Below the pieces are notes generated by a model, which made no database searches, was not told the DNA's origin, and saw nothing but the letters and a program-made list of their open reading frames with translations. A DNA stretch of 64,000 bases from Escherichia phage EP75: sequence record MG748547. One strand, given 5' to 3'. Shown in pieces: positions 18,389 to 27,702 of the stretch (the stretch's first letter is position 1; every line of letters begins with the position of its first letter). A program made the position numbers and the translations under genes.

Positions 18389-19714
18389 TCAATCAGGGGT
18401 AAACTCGTTCACAGGAACTTGTTCCGGCATAGACAATTCGGGGCATGCTGCCTTCATTGACTCAATATATGGCTTGCTACCCACAATCCAGAACAGAGTA
18501 TTTTCGTTGAGCAGTTCTGGCTTATGCTGTTGGATCCAGGTCATGACCTTGCCTTCATAGCGTGGATGCAGCTCAATATCGCCCCACTGATAATCCATCA
18601 GGTCATTATAGCGAACCCAATTCGTTGTGTGTAAATCCCAATGGTGTACTGCAAAGCGTGGGAGCGTTATCTCCGGCTCTCCCTTCTCGCGGATACCCAT
18701 CAGGAGGCCAGCCAGCGAAACGCTCTTAGAGGCATGCTGAAGATCCTTCTTGCCGTACACATAATCTGGGTTGTCGTGATAGCAACGAGTGAAATCCGTT
18801 ATGTGTGGAAGATTAGCTTGTTTTCCAATAACACGCAAACGGCTTTCAATAAAGTCCAGACGGTTGGGACCAATCCCGATCAGATATACATTTTTCAGAT
18901 TCGGTTTCGGGTGCATAGCCAGCCCTGTCAAAATGCTGGTACAAGAATTACATGAACCCGCAGGAATGATCAGATCTGTGATATGGTCCGGAATGTTAGC
19001 AACCTGCTCGCCGCCCAGCATATGGAATCCTGCAATTCGCTCCGGAGAATGCAACGTATGATCCAAAGTGATCCCATATTCTAGATAATATGCTTTTGGA
19101 TTCTGCTGCTCAATCAATTTCTTGCAGCGCGGTTGGATAGTGCTGTTGTAACCCGAACCGACGAAGTTGAATTCGCTGCCGAACCATGCACTCATCTTAA
19201 CCATATCGTGGTTCATACAGGTGGTTGGTTTGGTCGCGCCCAGGACTGTAGTTGTCTTGCCGCCAAAATGCCGAGAGACTGCCGTCGCCATAGGGGACTG
19301 CGGACTACCAACAACAGTGCCATGGATAAGGTCGGGGGAGCCTCCGACCTTGAGGTGCTCAACCATCAGCCAGATGGCCTGACGCAATTTACTACCATTG
19401 ATCCCCTGCTTACCATTCATATAACAAGACAGCGGCGCGAAGTAATCTTCACGTTTGAACCAGACCTGCTGATTGGTTTCGGGGTTGGCAACGAGTTCGC
19501 ACGGGGTGTGTTTGTAGAGGTAGTCTTCCCAGTGAATGATATTTCTATCAAGTGAGAGAGCATTGAAGATTGTTTTACGCCCTGCCATAAGGGCGTCAGG
19601 GGTATATGGGGCAAAGATGATACCTTCTTTCGCCATCTCTTCTTTTAGAGTAGTGGCCAAGAGTTCTTCCACTTCTTCACCGTGTAAAATTTCTTGTTCG
19701 GATGTAGGCTTCAT
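18389..19714 (-). CDS. PLP-dependent enzyme, fold-type II-like (ACC-deaminase/D-cysteine desulfhydrase-like motif)
   Basis: VWFKREDYF...GSKLRQAIWL resembles IKRDD...GGNKxRKL of ACC deaminase family (recalled). Confidence 0.4.
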   Translation of the reverse strand: MKPTSEQEILHGEEVEELLATTLKEEMAKEGIIFAPYTPDALMAGRKTIFNALSLDRNIIHWEDYLYKHTPCELVANPETNQQVWFKREDYFAPLSCYMNGKQGINGSKLRQAIWLMVEHLKVGGSPDLIHGTVVGSPQSPMATAVSRHFGGKTTTVLGATKPTTCMNHDMVKMSAWFGSEFNFVGSGYNSTIQPRCKKLIEQQNPKAYYLEYGITLDHTLHSPERIAGFHMLGGEQVANIPDHITDLIIPAGSCNSCTSILTGLAMHPKPNLKNVYLIGIGPNRLDFIESRLRVIGKQANLPHITDFTRCYHDNPDYVYGKKDLQHASKSVSLAGLLMGIREKGEPEITLPRFAVHHWDLHTTNWVRYNDLMDYQWGDIELHPRYEGKVMTWIQQHKPELLNENTLFWIVGSKPYIESMKAACPELSMPEQVPVNEFTPD

Positions 19715-19783
19715 TCTATTTCTCCTGTAGACATTGGCTTATCATAGCGTATCTACAGGAGTATAGAAAAGGAGAATCTGAGA

Positions 19784-20461
19784 TTACTTGGTCAGAAAAT
19801 CCATCAGGCGGCGGAAAAACGATTTGCGTTCTACTGGTTTCTTAGATTCAGGGACCGGAATAGAACTATCATATTTAACAACCGGAGCACCCTGATCGTT
19901 CAGAACACGACTGGCTGGTGGAGTCGGTGGAGTCGGCTTCAAAGATTTGATCGCCTGATTCAGATCGGAATTGTCCACAACACTCGCTTCTTCAGCCACA
20001 GAAACACACGGCTTGATTAAAACAGATTTCTTGGACTGCTCATACTGATGAGCGATATCTAGATATTTCTTGCGCTCAGCGTAGAAATCTACGTTCTTAA
20101 CTTTACGGCGGCGAGCAGTAGAACTCTCTTCACCATAAAAGTCATATCCATTTTTGAACATCCAATTCACTGCTTGCTCAAATGAATTGAATACCATATA
20201 CAGGCCGCGCCGCCCGTTGACCATATCGTCTTCGCTGGAATAACCGATGAACACCGCTTGGCCTTTCTTGTTCAGATCAAATGGGGTGCAGACGCCCGTA
20301 TCATCTAGGGAACGCGGTGCGAGGTGCCCGTCTCTGTAAATGTAAGCCGGATACAAGAACTCATTCAGAGTGCGCTTGTTGCCTTTATATGTGTACAGAC
20401 GAGCAAATGGAGGCAGATCACAAACAACATCATTGTAATCCCAAATTGTTACATTGCGCAT
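19784..20461 (-). CDS. hypothetical protein
   Basis: 225-aa ORF. Confidence 0.5.
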   Translation of the reverse strand: MRNVTIWDYNDVVCDLPPFARLYTYKGNKRTLNEFLYPAYIYRDGHLAPRSLDDTGVCTPFDLNKKGQAVFIGYSSEDDMVNGRRGLYMVFNSFEQAVNWMFKNGYDFYGEESSTARRRKVKNVDFYAERKKYLDIAHQYEQSKKSVLIKPCVSVAEEASVVDNSDLNQAIKSLKPTPPTPPASRVLNDQGAPVVKYDSSIPVPESKKPVERKSFFRRLMDFLTK

Positions 20462-20532
20462 GGTGTTTCCTCAAATCAATGAAGGGGTTTATAAACGGTT
20501 AAATTTTAAACCCCTTATTGTCATTGAACAAA

Positions 20533-21048
20533 TCAAATACTGGTCATATAGAGTGGGACAACCTGCTCAGCGATGAAGATGGCTTCCGTAATGGTAAAAT
20601 CATTTCCATAAGATCTGGCAATAATTTGACTACCGTTTGTTGCTAAATTACCGTCCTTGTCCACACTGAAGAATGTAGGAAATGACAAGATATCTTGTCC
20701 CGTTAACGCAGCGTCTCGACTTTTCGTTAATTGGTTCCCCGCAGACCCAACAAAATTCAGTTCTAATGTTCGGTTATTGGTGGATCCTTGCCATGCGCCT
20801 ATCAAATTTATTTTCAGCGTTACAGTTGAGTCATTATTAAAAACTTTGAATTTATTAGTTGCTAAATCAAAGAATGGTGTCATCGCCGTAGAACCAGCGA
20901 CAGGAGTTTTATCAACAAACAACGACAATAAATCTACGCCAGTTGCACCAGTAGGAATATTGAGAGACAATCCGGAAAATCTGACTTCTGTTTTGATGCG
21001 ATGGGTCTGAAGCATATTCCCCAAATAGGGAGATGTCAAAATGGCCAT
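20533..21048 (-). CDS. hypothetical protein
   Basis: 171-aa ORF. Confidence 0.5.
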   Translation of the reverse strand: MAILTSPYLGNMLQTHRIKTEVRFSGLSLNIPTGATGVDLLSLFVDKTPVAGSTAMTPFFDLATNKFKVFNNDSTVTLKINLIGAWQGSTNNRTLELNFVGSAGNQLTKSRDAALTGQDILSFPTFFSVDKDGNLATNGSQIIARSYGNDFTITEAIFIAEQVVPLYMTSI

Positions 21049-21057
21049 ACTCCCTCC

Positions 21058-21291
21058 TTAAGAAACGATAACCGTCGCATCAGAATTAATTGCCTTAACC
21101 CATCCCACCGTCGGCGGGGTTAAAACGACCATATTTCCTTGATATATGATATGCGCGTTGTTACCCGTTGGAGTGCTGGGGCTATCACACAGATACACAG
21201 AACCGTGAGTCACTTGAAGAGTTTTCAAAGATGTGCCGTCTGAGACTTGCGTCCATGTACTTGCGTTTGGTGTGATCTTAGCAGTTGCCAT
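21058..21291 (-). CDS. hypothetical small protein
   Basis: 77-aa ORF with AAGGAGG RBS. Confidence 0.45.
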   Translation of the reverse strand: MATAKITPNASTWTQVSDGTSLKTLQVTHGSVYLCDSPSTPTGNNAHIIYQGNMVVLTPPTVGWVKAINSDATVIVS

Positions 21292-21329
21292 AATAGACCT
21301 CCTTTACAAGTCAGATCTATTTATTACAG

Positions 21330-21360
21330 ACAAAAAGAAACCCGATCATCCTGATCGGGC
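21330..21360 (-). terminator. terminator hairpin CCCGATCA-GG-TGATCGGG followed by TTTCTTTTT, closing the tRNA-region transcript
   Basis: read on minus strand. Confidence 0.5.
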
Positions 21361-21774
21361 TATGTTAAACCATCGTGGGGATGGAAAGACTACTCACAGC
21401 AATTTCTGATAATGGGCGTTGGGAGAGTGCGTCGGGAATCGAACCCGAAATCGTCAGGACGCTGAAAGCTATTTGCATTTCACTTGCATATCCTGCGACT
21501 TTCTTAACTTCCTTAACCCCAGATTGTTATGAAGTCGGCATGCACACCTTCTTCATCTTCAGGAAGTCACACTCATAATTTGATTTGCGATGATGAACCC
21601 ATTTCATCTGGGGTTGGGTGAGTGGGAGTTGAACCCACAACGCTTGGCTCGCTTTCCCTACCATTCAGGCCACCCAATTCCAGGAGGTAGAGCACCTTTG
21701 CCGTCGGTGCCCATATGCCAGTCTTCCGCCCTGGCCTCCACTCGCGTCTGGGATTTCCGCGATGATCGCAAATT

Positions 21775-21858
21775 TGGTGTGAGTGGATGGATTTGAACCA
21801 CCGCGCTGTTACGGGGAGATTTACAGTCTCCTGCATTCGACCGCTCTGCCACACTCAC
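21775..21858 (-). tRNA. tRNA-Tyr (anticodon GTA), class II with long variable arm, CCA encoded
   Basis: hand-folded cloverleaf: acceptor GTGAGTG/CACTCAC perfect, anticodon loop CTGTAAA, T-arm GGTGG-TTCAAAT-CCATC. Confidence 0.8.
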
Positions 21859-22253
21859 ATTTAGTCTACCGCCGCGTGCTGGGCCACGCTTGAGGACATC
21901 GGCCATCCTTCCTCAGCTAATCCACGCGGCGGTAGATTTGGATCAGAGTGTACGGTGTAGCATTCCGCAGGGGTGCACCTACTGTAGCCCTTCCACTCTG
22001 AAATTGGTGGGTGTTACTTCCGTCGGGTTCAGATTCCGTTCGGCTATTGGACTTCGCTTCAAGAGCTTGTCGTTCGCGTACTTCGTGCTTACTTGCTTTC
22101 GTTCACACCCATTGTTTGTCGTCGGGTGGGGGATTCAAACCCCAATCTTTAGTTTGCGTTTCTTCAAAGCTATCATATGTTCACTTTGAATAATAAACTC
22201 CCCTGGACATCATAACAGGATCTCTATTTCATCCTGCAAGACCCGACATAATA

Positions 22254-22329
22254 TGGCGACGATGACAGGACTTGAACCTGCGACATATGGATTAACAGTC
22301 CACCGTTCTACCGACTGAACTACATCGTC
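22254..22329 (-). tRNA. tRNA-Asn (anticodon GTT), CCA encoded
   Basis: hand-folded: acceptor GACGATG/CATCGTC perfect, D-arm GTTC-AGTCGGTA-GAAC, anticodon loop CTGTTAA, T-loop TTCAAGT. Confidence 0.85.
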
Positions 22330-22471
22330 AAATTTTGTGAAGACCAAACGCCGGATCGTAACGGTCGTATGTCTTCGGGTGGCTGTCGTTCTTGATGCTT
22401 ACCATGCGCAGATCATAAGACTGATTCTGCAGGACATACACCAACCACAGCTGTTTTATAAATTCCATCAT
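22328..22471 (-). CDS. small ORF (47 aa) between tRNA-Met and tRNA-Asn
   Basis: minus-strand ATG with GGTGAGG RBS; stop overlaps tRNA-Asn 5' end by 2 nt. Confidence 0.25.
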   Translation of the reverse strand: MMEFIKQLWLVYVLQNQSYDLRMVSIKNDSHPKTYDRYDPAFGLHKI

Positions 22472-22514
22472 AAAGATACCTCACCAAATTTTATTGAACA
22501 ACTGGTTTATTTAG

Positions 22515-22590
22515 TGGTGACCCTGGCTGGACTTGAACCAGCGACCAATCGATTATGAGTCGACTGCTCTAACCACTGAGCTACGGGGCC
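22515..22590 (-). tRNA. tRNA-Met/Ile2-type (anticodon CAT), CCA encoded
   Basis: hand-folded: D-arm GCTC-AGTGGTTA-GAGC, anticodon loop CTCATAA, T-arm GCTGG-TTCAAGT-CCAGC; one C-A mismatch in acceptor stem. Confidence 0.7.
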
Positions 22591-24784
22591 AAAATTGGCG
22601 GGGTCTGAGGCTTTTCACCTCACCTGCTGGATTGGCCTCCAGCTGTTCTCTCTGGGGACTCGCTGTCCGGACAGCTATCCCTTAAACTATCGCCCCATAT
22701 TCAATTGCACCAGAGCATAATTACCGCTATACGACCACCCTCTCGGGCAGGTTGGTTCTGACCCAACGTCTCTCTGATGCGTTTTATTGTGTGCCCAATC
22801 AAGGACTGTCAACCTTTTATCCCGTTTGTGCATGATCAGTTCATGCATGCCTCTTGTGCGCCTCACGGCAACGCGCTTCTGTAGGTCATCGACTTGCACT
22901 GTAGTCTCACCACAGGCGTTTATTTTTCCAGGGCTTTCCACTTACAAGTCTTAACCAGATCGGGATACGGGCTTGTAAGATCGGATTGGACACAACTTTG
23001 ATGGCTCTAGGACTAAAGATCCCGCGTCACCCATAGACTTGGTTTATAAAATCTAGAGCCATCAAAGTTGCAACCAATGTCGCAACTCGCACTTCAGCGT
23101 CTTCGTCTCGCTTCAGCACTTGTCCTCTACGTTCGGACCAAACGAGGCTGGCCGACAGAAACATAACACCACTCATCACTAGAGCGAGGATGTGGTTGAT
23201 AGCCACGATGTTACGTCTCTGTCGTAGAGTGATCACACTTGTCAGGATGATCACTGTTTTGCGAACTTGAAAATACTGCGCCTGTCTCGGGTTTCCCCTT
23301 AGTTCGGCCTCTCATTGTTCGTCTGGTCAGGGAGCTACCCTTGATGACCAGCTTATTTTGAGATCTTCGCCAGCACCCACTAGTGTCTAGAATATGTAGG
23401 TGTCGAGGTCTGCAAGGCATTGCCCTATTTCATACAACGCTCTCTCAAGTGCGCAAATCGAAGTTCTCTGGGCTTAACAGGTTCGACCCAACATGTTGTA
23501 TATCGCCTAACTTGCTCATGGGACGGACACATCTGTGTACAGACCTTGAGGGTTAAAAGATATACCCAGAGAACTTCGATTTGCGTAGCCCTTCACTTGC
23601 CAAAGATCAGGGCTAATAACAAGACTTCGCTCACATCTTTGAGGACACTGCGCGGGACTCGAACCCGCCATGAACATCTGGCGCCAAATGCTTCCACCTG
23701 TCAATGTCCTCAAAGATGTGGAGCCGTTTTAGGGAGTCGAACCCAAATGATTGGCCAGCGCTGACCTCACATCCCATCTGACTTAGGCAACCCACCTCTG
23801 CTACTCAGGAGCTTATCCCCTTTGGACAGTCAGATATAACGGCTTTGGGATTGGAGGAAGGACTCGAACCTTCTCATGTACGCTCCTGATTTCTCAGAAG
23901 TAGCCTGCTCCCATCGACCTATTAAGTACACGCTCCGCTCATTGTTCGGCGGGAGCTTATTAATCACACCCTCCCACCTATTGTTAGTGCGCCGAATTTT
24001 GTTATGAGGAATCGGAAGACCTCACTGACTTATAGGCTATTACGCCGCCATCAGAACTTCGGAATCATTAGCAGTTATTTGCTTGGTCAGTTTCTAAAAA
24101 CCCGCAAAGTCACGCACAACGAAAACGAAAACCTGTTTGAGTCCTAAACCTACCTGTCTTGGTCTCACATCGATATGAGTGGCCAGGACTCAAACAGCTT
24201 GCCGTTCAGTGAGTTAACTATACTTTGTAACCCGTTATTGATAAAACCTTTTATTTTGTTGGCGAGGGTGCGGAATCGAACCACACTTCTGAGCGCTACC
24301 CCGTGTCACCAATGCACCACCTCACCATCGATTTGCCGGAACTTACGCATCCGGCCTCGTCCTGTCGGTGTTCTTCTGAATCCGGGAAGATCAGCAGGAA
24401 CTATGAATCAAGTTAATTCAACCAACAGGAATCCTCTTGTTGCCCTTTGACGCAACATTATGAACCCTCTATGAAGACTCATAATGTTGTCGGCGTGATG
24501 GAGATTAGCGCCCCCGACCTCCCCTTATATGTTGGTGTCGACTTGCCAACAGGGTGCTCTCTGATTCTGAGCTAATCACGCTACAACAGGGAGTTTCGTT
24601 CTCCGACGGTCAAGTGCGTCCACTGACACCAGCGAGGTGGCTATTACGCCTCTATTCACACAAGCCCCTGAGACTAGGGGTTAACTGGTTTTGGGCTGCA
24701 AACCCGACTCCCACTGTGTTATTTCCCTCATGTTTAATACTTTACCGCAGCCCAGCTAATTTGAAAAGTCCTCTCCCCTTTGAG

Positions 24785-24931
24785 CTACACTGCCCACAGC
24801 AGTGCGGACGAACCTTCACTCAAAACCGGATGCGCCGAAGTGGGCAACTGTTTACCGGACTGATCGGGTAGACCCAGGAGAGAGCAGGTAATCCCGATCA
24901 GGAGGATGAGGAGTAACATCATGTAAAACAT
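24785..24931 (-). CDS. small hydrophobic protein (48 aa, one TM helix)
   Basis: minus-strand ORF MFYMMLLLILLIGITCSLLG... with GGAAGGGAGGG RBS. Confidence 0.3.
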   Translation of the reverse strand: MFYMMLLLILLIGITCSLLGLPDQSGKQLPTSAHPVLSEGSSALLWAV

Positions 24932-24988
24932 AGTGTTCCCTCCCTTCCATGCAACTAACTTTACTACAATTATTTATTGAATAAAGCG

Positions 24989-25558
24989 TTATTTTAACAC
25001 TTCTAACTTCACAACACGACGCAGAAGGTAAACATATTCGCCAGCAGCTTCATGCGTCATATAATGGGTAGAAGGTGTGGAATGATTGTTCTGGGTTTCT
25101 TTTAATCCAACACGTTCTGCCCAACCATTAATAGAGTTCCCATAGAAACCGATAATCGCGCCAAAATAAATGCGCTGGCTTTCTGGCTCTAAAACATAGT
25201 TGACAGTGAAGCAAATATCAGAACGAATAGACTCCAGTTTCATACCAACACGACCTTCGGAGAATTCGTTACGAACATATAAATGACGGAAACGATCGCG
25301 CCGCGCTTGTGATGATTCTTCCAATTCTTGTCGGAGTGAAGAAGTTACGTCAATATTAAATGAAAATGTTGGATTCTGTAAATCGGAACGGGCCAACTCT
25401 AACGCAGATTCAACAACGCGACGGAAATTGATACTTTTACCTGTCAGGCGTTTCACTTCATCTGTGATTGTTCCAAAAGGGATTTTCGTGGCGCGTTCCC
25501 CTTCGTATTTTGCCAATAAAGGAATAATGTGTTTCATGATTGCTGTGTTAATGTGCAT
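24989..25558 (-). CDS. hypothetical protein
   Basis: 189-aa ORF; upstream TTCAATAAA + TATAAT hairpin element. Confidence 0.5.
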   Translation of the reverse strand: MHINTAIMKHIIPLLAKYEGERATKIPFGTITDEVKRLTGKSINFRRVVESALELARSDLQNPTFSFNIDVTSSLRQELEESSQARRDRFRHLYVRNEFSEGRVGMKLESIRSDICFTVNYVLEPESQRIYFGAIIGFYGNSINGWAERVGLKETQNNHSTPSTHYMTHEAAGEYVYLLRRVVKLEVLK

Positions 25559-25873
25559 TCCGGAGCCTCACCGAATTGATTAAATGTCTCCATTATTATA
25601 TTGGAGATACGTTTATTGAATATAAACACAGGAATGGCCAATAAAATAATGACAGTGATTATTAATAGGTAAAAACTACTTTTCTACAACATCAAGAAAC
25701 TGTATCTTAACGCGGTGCCCTTCGAGTTGTGAGTGTTAACGAACAACGAGAAGCAGCCTCCATGGCTGCGGAATGGGACTGCCTGTCAAGGCGGTGTTAC
25801 GAGCGAGGGCTTTAGCCCCCTCGCGAGTATATTCGAATAAATTAACGCGCGAGAGCGTTTTGATTCCCTTTGG

Positions 25874-25880
25874 CTAAATA
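25874..25880 (+). promoter_or_regulatory. late-promoter-like motif CTAAATA
   Basis: one of 9 copies of (A)CTAAATA 20-45 nt upstream of structural gene starts; resembles T4 late TATAAATA. Confidence 0.4.
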
Positions 25881-25920
25881 TCTTCAACACCATATTCAAA
25901 CTCAGGTGATGGAGATTATC

Positions 25921-27702
25921 ATGGCCACGCAAACAGTTCCTTCACTCGACGTCAGAGCATTTGAATACATTATTAAACAGCGAATGAAAGCTGATCCCAC
26001 CTTTAAAGATTATGACTTTGAAGGTTCTGGTCTTAGTGCGATTATTCGTTTGTTGGCATCTGACGCGAACGCCATAGCCTTTATGCAAAACATGCTTAAT
26101 GGTGAAGGCCATTTGAAGACAGCAAATCAACGTTCAAACGTCGGTTTATCTGCTGCATTTCTTTCCTACACGCCTGACAACTATCGGGCAGCATACATGT
26201 ATGTCAACATCAAAGTTACGCCTTATGACGCCAGCACAGCCCCCAATGAGATCATCATGGATCGGCGCGTAATGTTCGTTGGGGCAAAAGACGGCAGTTC
26301 CTACAACTTTACTGTTGAGAAACCAGTGTCAGCAACGTTGACTGCAGACGGTTATTACATGTTCAACAATGTAAAGTTGGTACAGGGGAATTGGTTGTAC
26401 AAGACATATGATGTTGAAGGAAGCGCGATTTCAACATATACGATTCCTTCTGGGAATGTCGATATCAATCATATGGTCGTGCAAGTACAAGAATCAGAGT
26501 CTTCCGACGTTTCGACGACATATCAACGTTACAACAGTCCATTTGATCTGAGCCAATATGCTTACCTGTATTTCGTAGAATTGGGTATTGACGGTCTGTA
26601 TGTGTTTGAATTCGGTGATGGTTATCTGTCTCGCCGAGTAGAAGACGGAAACGTTATTTTCCTCCAGTATTTAGAAACTTCTGGTGCAGAAGGTAACGAC
26701 ATCACCAGCTTGTCTTCCGCGTCTTCGATAGGCGGGTTTAACCAGGTTGACGTGGAATTGGTTTCTGAACGCAGCGCGGGCGGCGGGGATCCAGAATCTA
26801 TTGAAGACATCAAACGTCTGGCTCCTTTAGCTTATCAGGCCGATGGCGCTGCCGTTACGGAAACGGATTATGGTGTGTTGACAGAAAGGCTGTTCTCTAA
26901 CGTTGCCCGTGCCAAATCTTATGGTGGTGACACGCTTTCTCCACCGGATTCCGGCTACGTTTATATTGCTGTGATACCATCTGTTGGTGAGACTCTTTCA
27001 GACGCGGAGAAGGCTGATATCGTTGCTTCTTTGGACAAATATAATGTGGGGTCTATCACTCCCAAAGTGGTGGACTCAGACATAACATATATCCAAGTTG
27101 CGACAACAATATTTTGGGATCCGACTTCGACAGTTTATGTTGAAGAACAGATGAAAGTCGTGGTTGGCAACAGTATTGTCAAATGGGGCGAAAACAATCT
27201 CGGCGGGTTTGATCAGTTGTTCGACAAAGAGATATTGCAGGAAGCAATTACGAAAATGGAACGTTCCATTAACTCAAATATCACGTCTGTCGGTTATAAA
27301 CGTCATTTCAAACCTGATTATGGTGTGTTGGATAGCTTTACTTTCAGTTATGGCAGAAGCATTAAACCTGGTTCTGTAAAAATAACAGGGTTTAAACCAC
27401 TTCCGGCCGAAGTTGATTTCACTTATTACATGCGTGATGAAAATGGAAATTTGAACATGTATAAGGTGAATAACAATGACACAACCAAAGAATTTTTGGT
27501 TCAGAAAACAGGCGTTGTGGATTACACCAACGGTGTCGTCGACCTTCAGCAGATTACGGTTTCAAATTATAATCCTGAAGGGATAACGATTGTCGTGCTA
27601 CCAGATGGACTGAATCAAAATATACAGGCTTCACAGAACCAAGTATTCAAAATTGGTGATGTGGTTGTTACGCCAGAGGTGCGCTATGTCCAAAGATCTT
27701 AA
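25921..27702 (+). CDS. baseplate wedge subunit (T4 gp6-like)
   Basis: N-terminal DYDFEGSGLS...RLLASD...KTANQRSNV matches remembered T4 gp6 N-terminal motifs; start trimmed to MATQTVP with GGAG RBS. Confidence 0.6.
   Translation: MATQTVPSLDVRAFEYIIKQRMKADPTFKDYDFEGSGLSAIIRLLASDANAIAFMQNMLNGEGHLKTANQRSNVGLSAAFLSYTPDNYRAAYMYVNIKVTPYDASTAPNEIIMDRRVMFVGAKDGSSYNFTVEKPVSATLTADGYYMFNNVKLVQGNWLYKTYDVEGSAISTYTIPSGNVDINHMVVQVQESESSDVSTTYQRYNSPFDLSQYAYLYFVELGIDGLYVFEFGDGYLSRRVEDGNVIFLQYLETSGAEGNDITSLSSASSIGGFNQVDVELVSERSAGGGDPESIEDIKRLAPLAYQADGAAVTETDYGVLTERLFSNVARAKSYGGDTLSPPDSGYVYIAVIPSVGETLSDAEKADIVASLDKYNVGSITPKVVDSDITYIQVATTIFWDPTSTVYVEEQMKVVVGNSIVKWGENNLGGFDQLFDKEILQEAITKMERSINSNITSVGYKRHFKPDYGVLDSFTFSYGRSIKPGSVKITGFKPLPAEVDFTYYMRDENGNLNMYKVNNNDTTKEFLVQKTGVVDYTNGVVDLQQITVSNYNPEGITIVVLPDGLNQNIQASQNQVFKIGDVVVTPEVRYVQRS

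Noticed and set aside
22337-22558. 73-aa plus-strand ORF across the tRNA-Met gene
   Set aside because: Overlaps a confidently folded tRNA on the opposite strand; a co-oriented 47-aa minus ORF with an RBS is more plausible.
21436-24290. Additional tRNAs at T-arm-like motifs (21436, 21613, 22128, 23645, 23733, 23862, 24270)
   Set aside because: Acceptor stems or arm lengths could not be completed by hand, so they are left as a finding rather than annotated genes.
24300-24960. RNase P RNA or tmRNA in the structured region next to the tRNAs
   Set aside because: None of the conserved RNase P blocks (GGAAAGUCCGG, ACAGAAACCCGGCUUA-type) and no tmRNA tRNA-like end plus tag reading frame were found; the region contains a small ORF with a strong RBS instead.
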